A stretch of 64,000 nucleotides of DNA from Octopus bimaculoides (GCF_001194135.2 NC_068995.1:51095057-51159056); one strand, 5' to 3'; shown: positions 1 through 14,174, counted from the first letter of the stretch. The notes: generated by a model not told the origin, from the letters alone. Translations and numbers: made by a program.

Positions 1-352
1 TTAATTTATTAAGGTAGAATCGTAGGAAATAAGACATATCTTAAAAAACAAATAACGTGTCATCTCATTTCGAAAAAGAAGCGAAAGTGTTAGAATCTTT
101 TCGGAAGAGAAATTAATGAAGGCAGATGTTTGTCTTTCTAGACAATTATATAAAAGTCGAAAGTATTTGTTGACTAATGCCGAAGTGTGGCAATTTAAAA
201 TACATATCTTATTTTCGGAGATGTTTTCTTAATAACTTAATGACGTTGAAACATGAGAACAAAAATTTATAATACCCTATGCGTTTAACAATTCGTTTCG
301 ATCATTCAGGTGAAGCAAGTTATATTTTGTACATTTCCGAACTCGTCCGTTT

Positions 353-372
353 CATTTGCGCGTGCGCAAATG
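353..372. promoter_or_regulatory. Palindromic NRF1-like site CATTTGCGCGTGCGCAAATG
   Basis: 9-bp inverted arms; the minus strand reads TGCGCACGCGCA, matching the YGCGCAYGCGCR consensus; CpG-containing, repeat-free neighbourhood at 1-550. Confidence 0.4.
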
Positions 373-2309
373 CAAGTTAAAAGAATAAAGAGCAGACGAT
401 GCTTGTTTAACAAAAAAAAATCGAACTTTTTTAATTTTTACATTTTTCAACGCTAATTTTTTTTTCATTAGCATCTTTTTCAACACTAATTAGTTAACTT
501 ATTTGCTAACATTGTTGAAAATAATGCTTTTTGGGGTGTTATATGAAATAACGCTTTTTCACGCGTAACTCTGTAGTAAGAAGTTTGCTCCTCAACCACA
601 AGGTTCCAGGTTCAGTGGGAGGTAAATTCAAGGCGTAAGTATTATCAGAGTTATCTCCCCTGCTAGCTATAATCTAAATTCTCAAATTTAATTTTGCGAA
701 TCAGAAATTTCCACTTTGAAGATAAATTATTGATACTTTTCTCGTCCTTTATTTTATCGTCTCTCCCACTTCTCTGAGATTGCAGATTAAAGTGTGATAT
801 CTATAATCAGAAGATAGAAAATGACCCTATTTTTACAATCTTTCAGGCTAACTCATGCATATATATAAGATTATGTCGTATGTTGTACTTGTGTATGTAG
901 GTGTTTTACTGCTATTTCTAGCATGCTAGGTCATCAGATTTACAAACATAGGGTAAAGACAAGAAACATTAAAATGACCTACACAGGAATAACAAGATTC
1001 GACAGGTGGTATTTAACGCTTCGACGGAGAAAGCCAGTCATAACATTTCGGACTTTAGTTCTTCATCAGGAGAAATGAAAGAAAAGGACACAGAGGGAGC
1101 GAGAGATATACTGTATTATATACCACAAACGTATGTATATAATAGAGTATTGTGGTTATAATTATTACAGCTATTTCAAGCATGTTGGGCGTTCGTAAGC
1201 CAAATGACCATTAGTACTGTGGGTGTGTGTGCATGCGCGCGCGTATATATGTCTGGTTAGCAGATTTCTTTCATTCGCCACAAATCTTTTATGGACCAAA
1301 GACTTAGATTCTAGAAATGGAAAGCTAAAAGAGAAAAAAAAGTGTGCCAACGCTGATGTGCGTAACTCAAGATACAAATTAATAACCATATTGAAATCAT
1401 TTTCCACTACGATGTTATATGTCTAAGGGAGAGAACTCTATCGATTAAAAAAAAAAAGCACCAAAATGAAAACTATGTTTTGTCATTTCTGGATTTCTTT
1501 CATATTTGTGTGTTTCTTAAACGGCTTATAAACACCTTCCACGCTGCAATTGGTTTCATATTTTCATCATCTCTTATCAAATCTGCGAAATATTTTGCAA
1601 TTTCACCTTTAATTAACGTTCATAAAAGGTATCCGGTGTTAATACGAGAGTTAGAACAATTAACAAATTATTACTCTTCAAACTCGTGACCTTCATCGTA
1701 TTCGATTTTTGTCTTAGTTGTAATGAAGATATGAAACATACTGAAGACCTGTGTCTTGTAGAACGGATACCCTTGGATGTGTATAAAAAAAATAAAAATA
1801 AAAACAACCATGCCGAAATAAATTTTCATTATAACCAGACATAATTTCCCCAGGTAAACTATCCATTGTGCAAGTCATCGATTTCATGCATCATTAGCTG
1901 TATGGGATGACTATGGGTACAAATTGACATCAGAGGTTATAATGAAATGGATCGACTACTATCACTGCAATATGTGTATTGAGTAATTTATTCAAACCCC
2001 AGTTCAAATTGGTGTCAATGTTAAGTTGATGAGAGTGACATTCTTTCTTAAAATGACGCAAGACATGTTAAATATAGCCAAATGATTAGAAATTGCTTTT
2101 GTGTAGCATAATTAACAACTGCAAAATACGAATTCATTATTCCTGACTGAACAGACCTATAACCAAAGGCGTTCTAACCATGACTGTTCATACTATTTCT
2201 TTCTCTGGTATTCTATATCTGGAACTTCATTATCCATGTGTGCCTTTTTTTTTCTCTCATTTCAAAACAGTTGGCTGTTATTTCTAGTAGATTGAACGAT
2301 CAAGTAGAA

Positions 2310-3011
2310 CAAGGGTGTCAAACTTGTTTGGCTTTGTAAACCAGATTGAAGCATAAATTAAAATCTCAAAAGCTAGGTCTGAACGGTTATCCCTTTAATC
2401 CCTATCAATAATATAGGCCAAAGTAAACGGAGAAAGGGGTCAATAAATATTATAACAACTTTATTAACAACATAGAAAGGAAAGAACATGAGATGTTAGC
2501 GTAAAGTTTGTGTGCAGAGATGTGTGGGAAAAACTCATCCACTTATATATATGTGTGTGTGTGTGTAGTTCTGTTAAGAGTCCTTGTAGTGAGAATGAGA
2601 TAGAAATTTTCCAAATGAATGCATACAGTTCTTGAGAAGACCAATGATGGACAGAAAGCATGTACTATTTCAATGTCACTCATATGACCAGAATCCATTT
2701 GGACAAATGTGCGTAAATTTGAAAAAGAAAATACTTCTGTTTGGCTCAGTATTTATAGTCAAACTAATGAAGAAAGTCACATCTTTTACTATATGATTCA
2801 TAAGCTTTTTTATTGGTTGAGATAACAAAAGATTCTCTAAGATGCACTCATTTGACTAATTAGAATTAGTGTTAATCAAAACTCTAGTCAGGCTCTGAAT
2901 CTAAATGCATAGTAGTGATATTTTACAGAATATTTGAAGAAAAAAAATTTCAGAGACAGACTAAATTGCAAACTAGATCTGGCCCATGAGCCATACGTTT
3001 GACACCCACTG
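2310..3011. mobile_element. hAT (Charlie-like) non-autonomous element
   Basis: Terminal inverted repeats CAAGGGTGTCAAAC ... GTTTGACACCCACTG; degenerate 8-bp flanks aagtagaa / gtttagag share the TAGA core. Confidence 0.6.
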
Positions 3012-3827
3012 GTTTAGAGAACTTCCTTATTGGTTTGCCTTATAAGAGTATATTTTTGAGACAAGGCACATGGCCAGTTTTGCAATGCAAGGCATCATAA
3101 TAAAGGAATCTATTTTAAATTTATCAAAGGTAATTATTTGACTAAGTGGAATGAAAAAGTTGGCAACAGTGACTTAAAAAGTCAGATTTGTGAATTACAA
3201 AACTAAATACACGACCCAGCATTAAGCAGCCTTCTCTATCTTGACACTTCATGAGCTAATGAAACAGGATAATCTTCTAAGTTAATTATTCAACCATCTC
3301 AGATGTCGAGCCAACAAGGGACTACATATATATATAATTGACTAATGTGCTGCAAATAGCAGTCAAATCTTCAGATCATACTCTACTGTCTTAAAAAATG
3401 GAAGGACACATTGAATAACATGGCCCTAGATATATGTCATTCTGCCTTGAAATAAAGACTAGATGATCATGACAGATACTCCTTTGATCATTAAGTCTGC
3501 ACTCTCAGAGCTCACCTGGGCTAAACGAGTATAGCGGCAACAACTTTCCAACCATCCCCTTAACAACTTAAGAATAGGCATCATGGATTTTAATGACTAT
3601 TTTGTTGAGGACAATGAAAACAAGATGGACAAGGCTACAAGGAGCCTCTATATGGGTTGTTTGACCTGCAAGAAATAGCAGCCATACTATCTACAAATCT
3701 AACTCTACTGTCTTAAAAAATGGCACACTGTACAATAAAGCCCCTGATGTTTGGTAGGCAGGTTATGGTTGGACTTTGATCAAAGTATTAACTTAATCAG
3801 AGCTGAACTGAAACAAGACAGGTTAGT

Positions 3828-3858
<31 letters not shown>

Positions 3859-6294
3859 CAAACCAGACTTAACAGCAACAGCCCAGTCGTTAGTAACTAC
3901 AAGATGTATAGTATATTAATAGTTGCTAGTACATGGCATATCAGAATCGCTGCCCTCCAAGTGGTCTTCAGTTGGGAATAATACAATACGGATATATGTA
4001 TTCTTTGCACACACACGCACATGTGTGTGGCTGCAGGTATCTGTTTGTGTATTTGGAACTACATTTTCCAGTGTACTGTTTCCAAATAAAAGATAGTAGA
4101 TTATAATCCGAGTGAAATTTGGCAGCTATATCTAACTGGTCATATGACATTGGCTCAAAATAAACTTTGTTGTTCTTGTGCATTCCCATATCAGTAATAA
4201 TTGAACAAAACTATGGTAAAAAGTATTCTATTCATGATAAACGCTTTGTTTGTATATCAGGAATTACATTGTTGAATATAACCTTAATTTAAGACAATAG
4301 GATGTGATTTGTGAATTTTAGCAGGATGAGCATTCATGTATCAGCTGCCTCTTGAATAAAGTTGCCAATGAACAATATTTATCTCATCTTCTCCCACCTT
4401 TGTTTTTTTCACTTTGTTTCATATCTTCAGAGGAGGTGACTGGACTAACATGCAAGTTGCAAGTTAATCCATTACTTCAACAAAGTGGTTGCCTTTAGAG
4501 ATGGTGTAAGTGTTAAATGACCTAGAAAGGATAACAGAAGGAGAGGGTATTTTTTTTTTTGATCACATGTATAACATCAATGCATAATTATCATACAATA
4601 TATATATTTTAAACAGTTCAATAATTTATTAATGGAAATTTTAAAGTCTATTTTAACAAGATTTAAAATACCTCACATTGGAGTTTTCTTCTCATGTAAC
4701 TATTATATCTATCGTTCATATTTTGTTTAAATATTTGTTCTTTGTTTAGTCTTAAATGATTAGTTTTTAAATAAAAATTAAACAAAATTTCCAAATCTTA
4801 AAACACACACACACTCATCATGATGATCATCACAATTTTTGTATCTGCTTTTTCCAGGCCAGCATGGTTTGGACAAAACTTATTGAGACAGTATTCTATT
4901 GCTGAATGTCCTTCCTGTCAATAATACTTGTTTTTCAAGTAAGATAATTTATTCCAGTGGTTTTCACATGCGAAAATGCTGAGCAGGACATTTTGTTTAT
5001 GGAGGATATAAACATCACTGCTACTCAAATTCTATCAGTGTGAAGACCGCGAAAACACACACACACACATAATAGATTTCCATACAGGCTCTGTTTACCA
5101 AATATCAGTCACAATGCATTGATGAATCTGAGGCTATGGTAGAAGATACTTGCCCAAGGTGCTATGCAGTGAGATCAAATCCAAAACCAAGTGTTTGCTA
5201 AGTGGGCCTTCTTAACCAAAAAGCCATATATTCATTAGCGTTAAAAAGAAAGAAAAATGATGTTAAATGGATCAATGTGACAGGACTTGATATAGTTCTT
5301 GGTAGTTTATACATTGTTTCAACTTGCATAGAACTTCATCTGACAATGTATCACAACTGCTTAGTCAACAACTGTCAGTCAGGCACCCTTGTTGGCTGGA
5401 GCCAATAATTGAGGTCTCTATGTAGTCCCACAATCTGCTCAAAATAGCTGCCAAATTTCCCTCAAATTACACCTTGTTGTCTTGAAGGAGGGAAGGACAC
5501 ATTGGATAATGAAGTTTTCAACATGTTACATATTTCTGAAAAGAGGGCATGGTTGTAGCTCTGAAGAACTTTGACTTGGAGCCATATAACAACAACAACA
5601 ATCATCAGTTGCAATTTCTTCCACTCAAAAGGAAACCAACCAAACATTAATACACAAACACACAACTAGGTGCTATTTAGAAGCTGGCACCCCCTCACTT
5701 CTGCCTAACCTCAATAAGCTCAATTTATTTAGAAAGAAAAAAATATCAAGAAATTTCTGAGTTTTCTTTTCTCATTTTTTTTTCTGCTGAATTTAAGTTA
5801 CTGTGATTATAAGATTAAAAAAAAAAAAAAAAAAGGGTTTTTGAAAAATATGTAAAAATTAAATGAAAAAAAAAAAAAGGCAAATAAAGCAAAGAGAAAA
5901 CAAAAAGGTAACAGAACAGAAACAAAACAAAAGAATTTCAAAGTTCCTGAGAAGATATTTTAGCTTTCAAAATGAATACAAAGACTTTATGAAAACATGA
6001 TAGTGCTTGCTACAAGAATCATGAAAGTAAGATTCCGCTTTCACCTAAAAAAAAATTTCAACAAAGAAAAATTGTGCTGATCACGGTCAAAGGTCAAAGT
6101 TTAAAGACAAGAGGAGCAAGAGAAGATTTTTATAGATTATTATTTTTTTTGTTTGTTTGTTTGCTTTGCAATAAGAATGCATAGGTTTTTTTTTTTTGTT
6201 TTAAGTTTTCAGTTGTAAATATTAAATGCTCTATATTTGAAATCAATTTTCAGTGGTCCCATGAGAATTGTGGCAGTTAGGAGATGATCGCTGG

Positions 6295-6369
6295 TTAACG
6301 GAAGTAGGCAACGCCTAAAGAAAGTAATACCACAACCAAACTGCCAGCAATGATCGACCATTTCCAAGA
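6295..6369 (-). CDS. FKBP8: FKBP8 last coding exon (tail anchor): SWKWSIIAGSLVVVLLSLGVAYFR*
   Basis: ttttcag acceptor; 75 nt to TAA at 6297-6295; WKW followed by a ~19-residue hydrophobic stretch and a basic end, as in the FKBP8 membrane anchor. Confidence 0.92.
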   Translation of the reverse strand, partial: SWKWSIIAGSLVVVLLSLGVAYFR

Positions 6370-7786
6370 CTGAAAAGACAAAACGAAAAGAAAAACATAA
6401 ATTGAATACAAAATATTCAAATGATTGTAATAAGACATTACAAATAAGATTATAATTTTCAGACTATTGACCTCATCTTTAGATTTGAAATATTTACATC
6501 TCCACATTTTGAAGGTGCAATGGTTTTGTGGTTAGGGTGTTTGGCACATGATTGTCAGATCAGGGGTTCAGATCCTGGATAGGGTCACTGCATTGAGTCC
6601 TTGAGTGAGGTCTTGGACCCGTGCACACTCTACCACCAGAAACACTTATGTATGAAGGGGTAGCACTAAATCTGTTTATAAACAATATACCAGAGTGTTA
6701 CCCCTTTTGTGTCACCAGCCATAACTCCTCTTTTTATTCATTTGTGGGTGACATCCATAGCCCATCTCGATCACCATTCATCACTCAATCTCTCCCTCCT
6801 TCTCCGTTCCCCACTCTCTCTCAGAAGCAAGCATGTGACTGCCATTACTGTCTCTCTTCTATCACTCACCCTGAGCATTGTCACCACCACCTCTCTTCTA
6901 TCACCTTCGCACCTCCTTGCTCTCTCTTCATTCCTTTCCAGTCACACAGACTTAAATAAATGGATTTACTGCAGGGTTGAGAGGACCCTTTAGTCAAGGA
7001 CATGACCACCTCTTTGATGTTGGTGTCATACTAAAATGGACCCAGTACACTCTGTAAAGTGGTTGGTGTTAGGAAGGGCATCGCCAAAAATTGGAACAAG
7101 TGAGCATGATGTGGTCTCTGCAAACTGTTTAGGTGGGCAGTAACTCTGAATAAGAAGAGACTTCATCCAACCCATATTAGCACGAAAAGTAGGTGTAAAA
7201 TGATGACAATGACAATAATGATATATAATAATTGGATTGTTAAATTTTGGGACGGTCATTTTTTTTCTTGCCAAATAAACACACACACACACACACTCTA
7301 TATATTCGTTCTTCACTTATTTATTATTGTTCTTATTTTATCTTGTGTCCATTGTCTGGAAATATTTCATCACACATCTGTGACCTCTTCAGTGACTCTT
7401 CCATCCCATGTGTATCCTCCTGTTCTGCTTAGTCCATTCTGTCTTTCTAAAAAGACAGAATGAACTAAACTAACCAGGAGGATACACATGGGATGGAAGA
7501 GTTGCTGAAGAGGTCACAGATGTGTGACAAAAGATTTCCAGACAATGGAGAATAAGAACAATAATAAATGAGTGAAGAATGAATATACAGCTTGTGTGTT
7601 TATTTGGCAAGAAAAAAAAAAAGAAAAGATTACCCTCTCAAAATATAACAATGTCTGTATCAACACATGATTTCACATCAGGAATTTTGCAAAACAAATT
7701 TATAAAAATAATGGAATTGAAAATGAGATAATGAAATACAGGTAAGTCAAGGGGTTTGGGAATAAAAATAAAATGTAGAAATTTAC

Positions 7787-7912
7787 CGAATAATCTGATG
7801 AGGGTTTAGAAGGGGGTTTATCAGTTCGGAACATTTTCTTACACATATTGCGCTCAGACTGTGTCTCTTTCGATAACTTTTTGGTAAGTTTCGATAATTC
7901 CTGATGAATAAT
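7787..7912 (-). CDS. FKBP8: FKBP8 coding exon 9 (calmodulin-binding helix region): IIHQELSKLTKKLSKETQSERNMCKKMFRTDKPPSKPSSDYS
   Basis: tttcag acceptor and TCG|GTAAAT donor; 126 nt, phase 0; resembles FKBP8 TIHAELSKLVKK...YRKM. Confidence 0.93.
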
Positions 7913-8399
7913 CTGAAATGAAACCCAAGACGTTACATAACAGCAATCTTATAACCTACAAGTAAATTCCTAGCTAGAGAGAAAGACAGCAAGAGAATGA
8001 CAAAGACAAAATTTGAGAATCGTCATCATCATCATCATCATCATTTAACGTCTGTTTTCCATGCTGGCATGGGTTGGACGGTTTGACAGGAGTTGACCAG
8101 CTGAAGGGCTGTTCAGGCTCCATGTCTGTTTTGGCATGGTATGGCATTGGTTTCTATGGTTGGATGCTCTTCCTAATGCCAACCACTCTACAGAGTGTAC
8201 TTGGTGCTCTAATCCAGTACTAGCATGGGTGCTTTGTTTCATGTGGCACCAGCACCAATGAGCCTGCAAGATTAGGGATGCTCAGCTGGAAGGGAGTCGC
8301 AGGAGATGAGCCTGTATGCAAGGGCAACCATGCTTTTACTTAGCTTGATGTGTCTTTTTAAGCACAGCAAACTGCCAGGAATCTCGGTCCCCTGTAATC

Positions 8400-8575
8400 C
8401 CCTCTGTGAATCTTAACATGTGTAGATCTTTTCTCATCACTTTGTCCCACATCTTTCTGAGTCTACCCCTTCCACATGTTCCCTCTACAATTAGAGATTG
8501 GCACCTCTTGATGCAACTGTCTTCTTTCATACACATTACATGGCCATACCAGCACAGTCTTCTCTCTTGCACACT
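8400..8575 (-). mobile_element. RTE-type LINE 3' end remnant
   Basis: MQERRLCWYGHVMCMKEDSCIKRCQSLIVEGTCGRGRLRKMWDKVMRKDL, the RLRWYGHV...RGRPRK.W motif. Confidence 0.8.
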
Positions 8576-9971
8576 ACATCTTCTCTAGTTCTGGTAGTGA
8601 TTTAGCAATAAGAACCCGGTCATAGGCATAGAGGAGCTCCCAAGGGCAGACAGTCTTAAATTCCTCAGTTATAGCTTATATATGGATGAAAGGGTTTATA
8701 TAAGTCAGCAACAGGAAGAGGATGACTTGACCACCAGAAAAAACAGCCAAGACAGAGATGCAAGAAGGACAGGGGACAGGGAGACTTGACTGCCGGAAAT
8801 GGCAGCCAATACAAAAATTCAAGGACAGCTATACTAGAGGCAGGAGAAATCACTGCAAAATAAGGAAAGATAGGGGGTGTGTAGAAATCAGGGGGGAAAG
8901 ATTGTTAAAATTAAAGCAAGCGAGGGGTATCGAAAATTATGATTATGAAAATTAGCTTAAATTAAATTACAGGCATTTTATGAGGCAGAAACAAAAAACA
9001 GATGAATGGTGTATGATTGAGGCAAGAGAAAGGTTCACTTAACTTAGCTGGACATATTGTTATGCATGGATAATAACAAGTAGTGTGAAAAAAAATTTTA
9101 AAAATGAAATATCAAGAAACAATAATAGAATGACAATGAAAGGTTGTACAAGAATTACAGAGGTGCCTTGACCATTTTAAATGATTTTTTTAAAGCAAAT
9201 ATGACACAAGTTTAGATTTTCATTCATGTGTGTCAAGTAAAAAATCTCCAAAAACAGACATTACAATGATAATGATGATTGTCATCATTGTCAGCATCAA
9301 TTTTCTGTTCAGTTACTCATACCAATAAACAGCTTTGTTATGCATCACCATTTTTAAACGTCAGCAACTTTTCATCATGTGTGTGACCATCTCCGATAGG
9401 GTTACATTAGTATTGATGCAGGAGAGAATTTTAATGATAAGTATGGGTATAACTGAGGCAGGGGGTGGGGTTTGTGTGTGTGGGGGGAGAAGAAGAAACA
9501 GTGATGAAAGAACTGCATTAAACAATCTGTGAATGAGGGAAGTGAGATCTGAGATCTATATTCAAATTTGAATGGTAAGAAGTGAGATGTCATGCCCTCA
9601 CAAGAACAGGCAGAGCCATGTGGTCAAGAAACCTGCTTTCCATCCACAAGGTCTTGGTTCAGTTCCATGGCGTGGCACCTTGGGCAAGTGTCTTCTATTA
9701 TAACCTCAGCCAACCAAAGGCTTGTGATTTGGAAGACAGAAATTGAAAGACTTTCCTTCACCTGAGGACGTAGCTTAAATCCTGCATTATTTTGAAAGCA
9801 TTTTTGCATTTTACCTTAAAGCAAGCATGTGAATAATTTATTTATTATTAAATATAACGATATGAATTTATGAATTATTTACAAGTTCTTAAGTTACAAA
9901 ACAATTTGTTGCGATATCTGAATTTTCTTATTGTAAAAATAAAATTTCATCAAACTATTTCTGTCATTTAT

Positions 9972-9974
<3 letters not shown>

Positions 9975-10030
<56 letters not shown>
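9975..10030. repeat. (TA)n microsatellite
   Basis: Direct reading; similar tracts at ~28725-28765, 42950-43070, 46830-46875, 48265-48315, 52198-52255. Confidence 0.95.
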
Positions 10031-10037
<7 letters not shown>

Positions 10038-12050
10038 TAGTTTTAGGGAAAATAACCAAGTTTCAAGAACTCATTGATGAAAATCCACTATCACATATAG
10101 AAAAAGCACAATAAATTCTAAGATTAAAACAAAAAATTATTTTATGTGAGACTTCACTAATAAATAGATAAATGTTGAAAAAAAAAATACAGTGATTTTA
10201 ACTCACAGGATTTAATTATTAAACATTTATAATTGGAATAAATAAATAAAATTGAATATTAAGTATTTATGGAATGTTGATTTACTGTCAGGTGACTTTT
10301 GGCCAACCCTGTATACTGTCGAAGATAACTCTCGGATGGATATTTCCTAAAAGTATACAACCTTTGTATTTCCAATTTTTCTTATTTAACCATTTCGATA
10401 CATGAAACCGTCTCTGATTGTGGGATACAAAACTTCTTAATGAATAAAAAAATTATTTTTCTAAATTCCTCTGAAATTCTGGTTTATTCTTGCAATTGAA
10501 ACAGAGGCAGAATATTTCATAAGAAATATGGTGCCTATGCTGGGTTAATGAATCTCTTCGTAATTACTCAAAGTCAATGAAAAATTAATTAACCCTTTTG
10601 ATATCAACCTACCTGACCACTCCTGTTCTATGAGAAAATCTTCCAGTTTTAAAGTAATCTTAATTAAAACCTTCCACCAAACTAATTAAATAATGACAAT
10701 GTTATTTCGTTAAATTCTTAATTATTTTCAGAACCAATTGAAACAAAAGCAGAATATTTCAACAGAAATTTGGCAACAAAAAGGTTAACATACTCTTTTT
10801 TTTCTTTTTGTCATGTTCAAATCCTTTGGTTTAGAAGGAAAGAAGAAATGGGATTTTGTCAGGTTTATATTTTTCAAAGGGAAGAGGTTATAAAATTGAA
10901 ACAAAGTTTACAATAACATTGCAGTAGAAGTAACATCCTTAGTTTTTATTATAAACACTAGCTGGCCCCGTGCCATCAAAAACGGCAGCTAATTGTAGTA
11001 TTTTATATATAAATATGGATGGTAAATCAAATTAATACACTTGTCAATGTTATCTAGTGGTTGTCTTTTGAGATGTGACATTGATCATCACTTGTTACTG
11101 AAAGAACACTGGTTCACGCATACATTCACATACTTCCCTTGTATATGCACACACATACACACATTTACTCACACAGAGTTGAAACACTGTTTGATTTCTC
11201 TTTTCAGCATTGAATATTCACCATCCCACTTCCATTGTACACACATACACAAACACTCACATACCTCCCTTTTACATACACATACAGAGTTGAAATGCTC
11301 CCACTACTAAGTTTGCCATCACCTCTTCCTTCCTCATTCATATGTTGTGACGGAGAAAAACACAAGAGTATTATTATAGTAGATTGCAATCACTTGGTCC
11401 CATGATCAATCCCATTGAGCAACACCTTGGACAAATGTTTCCTACCATAGCCTAAAGTCAACACAAGCTCTGGAAAATGTAACCAGGTCATCAAAAAATG
11501 AGCAGAAATCTCTCAAATGGACTCTGCCAGTTCTGGGACAATAGATTTAACCCTTTAGCATTCAGATTCCAATAGTTTGGTAGTTTAGTAGTTCACGGCA
11601 TTCTCTATCTTCTGCCATTTGCAGATAACTGAGGCAGAAAATACTATGAATGGATCAGCACCTTCTCCACATAGTCACTGAAATTCCTCTGGTAAGAAGG
11701 ATGAAAATAATGTAAAATTTCTAGGAAATGATAGCTAAAGTTAATCTAGTTTTTCAAAGCTCACTAATGTACATTTTTGTACATTTACTCAGTGATTCAT
11801 CACTATTTCAGGAAGTATGTTGACAATGACATGTTTTTTGCTATGGATGATGACAATAAGACCAAAACAGGTTTGGAGTTAACTCCCATATTTGTAGAGA
11901 CTCTTGAAACAATATTAACCTACAACCAACATGTTTTTTTGTTTTGTTTTTTAACTCTAAACAATTTAATTATTCCTAGTTTACTTATTTTATTCAGAGA
12001 GCATTCAATAGCTAACACAAACTTAATTATGGGGAAAAAAAACCCCTCAC

Positions 12051-12128
12051 CTTTGTTTCTGGTTCTAATTTGAGTGCTTTCTTCATCTGTGCAATAGCCT
12101 CTTTTGTTTCACCTTGTGCAGCGTAAGC
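12051..12128 (-). CDS. FKBP8: FKBP8 coding exon 8 (TPR3): AYAAQGETKEAIAQMKKALKLEPETK
   Basis: ttctag acceptor and AAG|GTGAG donor; 78 nt, phase 0; ALKLEP TPR end. Confidence 0.93.
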
Positions 12129-12980
12129 CTAGAAAAAAGAACGACAATTAAGCATTGCCAAGAAATCACAGTCAAACTGGTCAACAAGAAACAACACTAT
12201 TCTGGATTCTAAGTCTGAGTGCGATAATACCACAGACTAGCAATACAAAATGTCGTAGGATAGCATACTAAGCTTTCAAATTACCCATGCTAGCATGGAA
12301 GGCAGACGTTAAACGATGATGATGATGATGATGATGATGATGAATTTAGTAAAATAACTTTCTTAGTATTAAGCAGGTGTTTGGAACATAAAGCTAACAT
12401 GAAATTTCGACAAAAAGTTTTCAGTTAGACCAATTTTAAACAAGGAGTTTGTATCACAGAACCAGAGACAATCTTGAGAAGGTTAGTATCAAAAGAATTA
12501 ACTATAACTAAGTAATTTAAAAAAATTTTTTTATTTGCCAAATCTATATTCTCCCAATATAAGAGTCTGCAATAATTCAAACTTAACATTATTGGCACTA
12601 AAAGTAAATGGGATTATGGACACTGTGCTACTTAGATGAATGAAGACAAAAAAGCATAATAGATGCTGTGCTTTGACTTCATTTTAAACAGCTTAATCAC
12701 TGACATTTTGTTAATCTGAAATGTAGTAAGTACAAGTTAGATTACTGATTGTTAAGGTTATGAGGTCATCATTATCTTGTGCACTGCTAGATTACTCAAC
12801 TCCCTTGATTAAAAAAACAAATTTTTCATGCTTGAGTGGTTATTAGCAGGAAGGACATCAAATGAAAAAAGAAAAGTCCAAAATACATACATCTAAGTTT
12901 GTAAAACAGTCAAACCCAACCTACTTGAGCGTAAGAGAGGTTTTAGCAAATAGAAATGAATTAAAAGGAATTTAAACTAC

Positions 12981-13400
12981 ATGGCCATGTGGTTAAGAAA
13001 GTCACTTTACAACCATGTAGTTTTGGGTTCAGTCCCACTGTGTTGCACCTTGGGCAAGTGTCTTCTACTGCAGCCTCAAGTTGACCAATACCTTGTGAGT
13101 GGATTCAGTAGACAGAGACTGTGCGGAAGCCTGTCAAGCATGTGTGTGTACGTGTGTGTGTGTGTGTGTATGCATCTGCCTTTGCGTTTATATTTGTGTA
13201 TCTACCACTTCACAACCAGTGTTTGTTTGTTAATGTCCTTGTAACTTAGCTGCCCAGTAAATAAGACTGATATAGCAAGTGCCAGACTTTAAAAAAATAA
13301 TAAGTACTGGGGTCGATTTGCTCAACTAAAAACTTCAAGGCAGTGCTCCAGCATGGCCACAGTCCAATAACTGGAACAAATAACCGAAATAAAATAAAGT
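12981..13400 (+). mobile_element. tRNA-derived SINE, family A
   Basis: Same head, core and tail as 49240-49720. Confidence 0.8.
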
Positions 13401-13423
13401 CGTCATTCCTATTGTATACTTAC

Positions 13424-13513
13424 TCTTCCCATTCTGAACAGGGCTTTGACATTATTTATGTCATGTTTCAACACTTCTTCACAAGATTTGATAGCTTCAC
13501 TGTATCTTTCAAT
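13424..13513 (-). CDS. FKBP8: FKBP8 coding exon 7 (TPR2/3): IERYSEAIKSCEEVLKHDINNVKALFRMGR
   Basis: ttgtag acceptor and AGA|GTAAGT donor; 90 nt, phase 0; NVKALFR.G motif. Confidence 0.95.
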
Positions 13514-13810
13514 CTACAAAAACAAAAGAGAGACGTTTTGATGTTTATTAAAGGAGGAAAAGATAAAATAGACCCCGAGACAAATACGGTATTTTCCAGC
13601 ATACAAGTTGACATAGTATAGAGTGTAAACCTGTAGTCTAATCATTCAAACATCATCACAATCTTGCCAAAACCTGCTGCATTTCACATGGAACTTTTTG
13701 CCTTTCAAAGTCATTTTGATATATATAGGGTAAAGAACACTGAAGTTGATGTTATTGACTTAGCTCTCCTCTGTATTTGGCCGGCCTTGTGGCAAAATTC
13801 GAAGCCAATA

Positions 13811-13876
13811 CATGTGTATTTGTATTTCTATACATGTGTATTTGTATTTCTATACATGTGTATTTGTATTTCTATA
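13811..13876. repeat. 22-nt minisatellite, three copies
   Basis: catgtgtatttgtatttctata repeated three times. Confidence 0.9.
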
Positions 13877-14174
13877 TATGTATATATGTGTGTATGGATG
13901 CATATATGTACGGATGTATATTTCCTATATTTTATATTTTCTTGAAGAAATCGACTTTTTCTTTCTTCTCAAAATAAAATGGAAACCTGATAGGTTGGGT
14001 TTGTCTGCTTAAAGGGATACAAATATGATCATAGTAACATAAAAAAAAACCGACCATATCAACACTGAGATGACAAAGCAGATGATAGCAGCATCAAAAA
14101 CGTAACCATAACAACAGTAACAAGACAGATATAAATAGAACAAATGTTGGAAATACTAAAGAAGTCATATTTAC

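Noticed and set aside
7795-7830. CTGATGAG antisense to FKBP8 exon 9, and CTGATGAG at ~34099 in SNRNP35, as hammerheads
   Set aside because: No stem II followed by GAAA; explained by codon content.
11620-11935. Plus-strand exon-like segments (ttgcag...GTAAG at ~11627-11692; ttcag...RKYVDNDMFFAMDDD...)
   Set aside because: The first has stops in all frames; the second has no clear donor and no recognisable homology; both are antisense within an FKBP8 intron.
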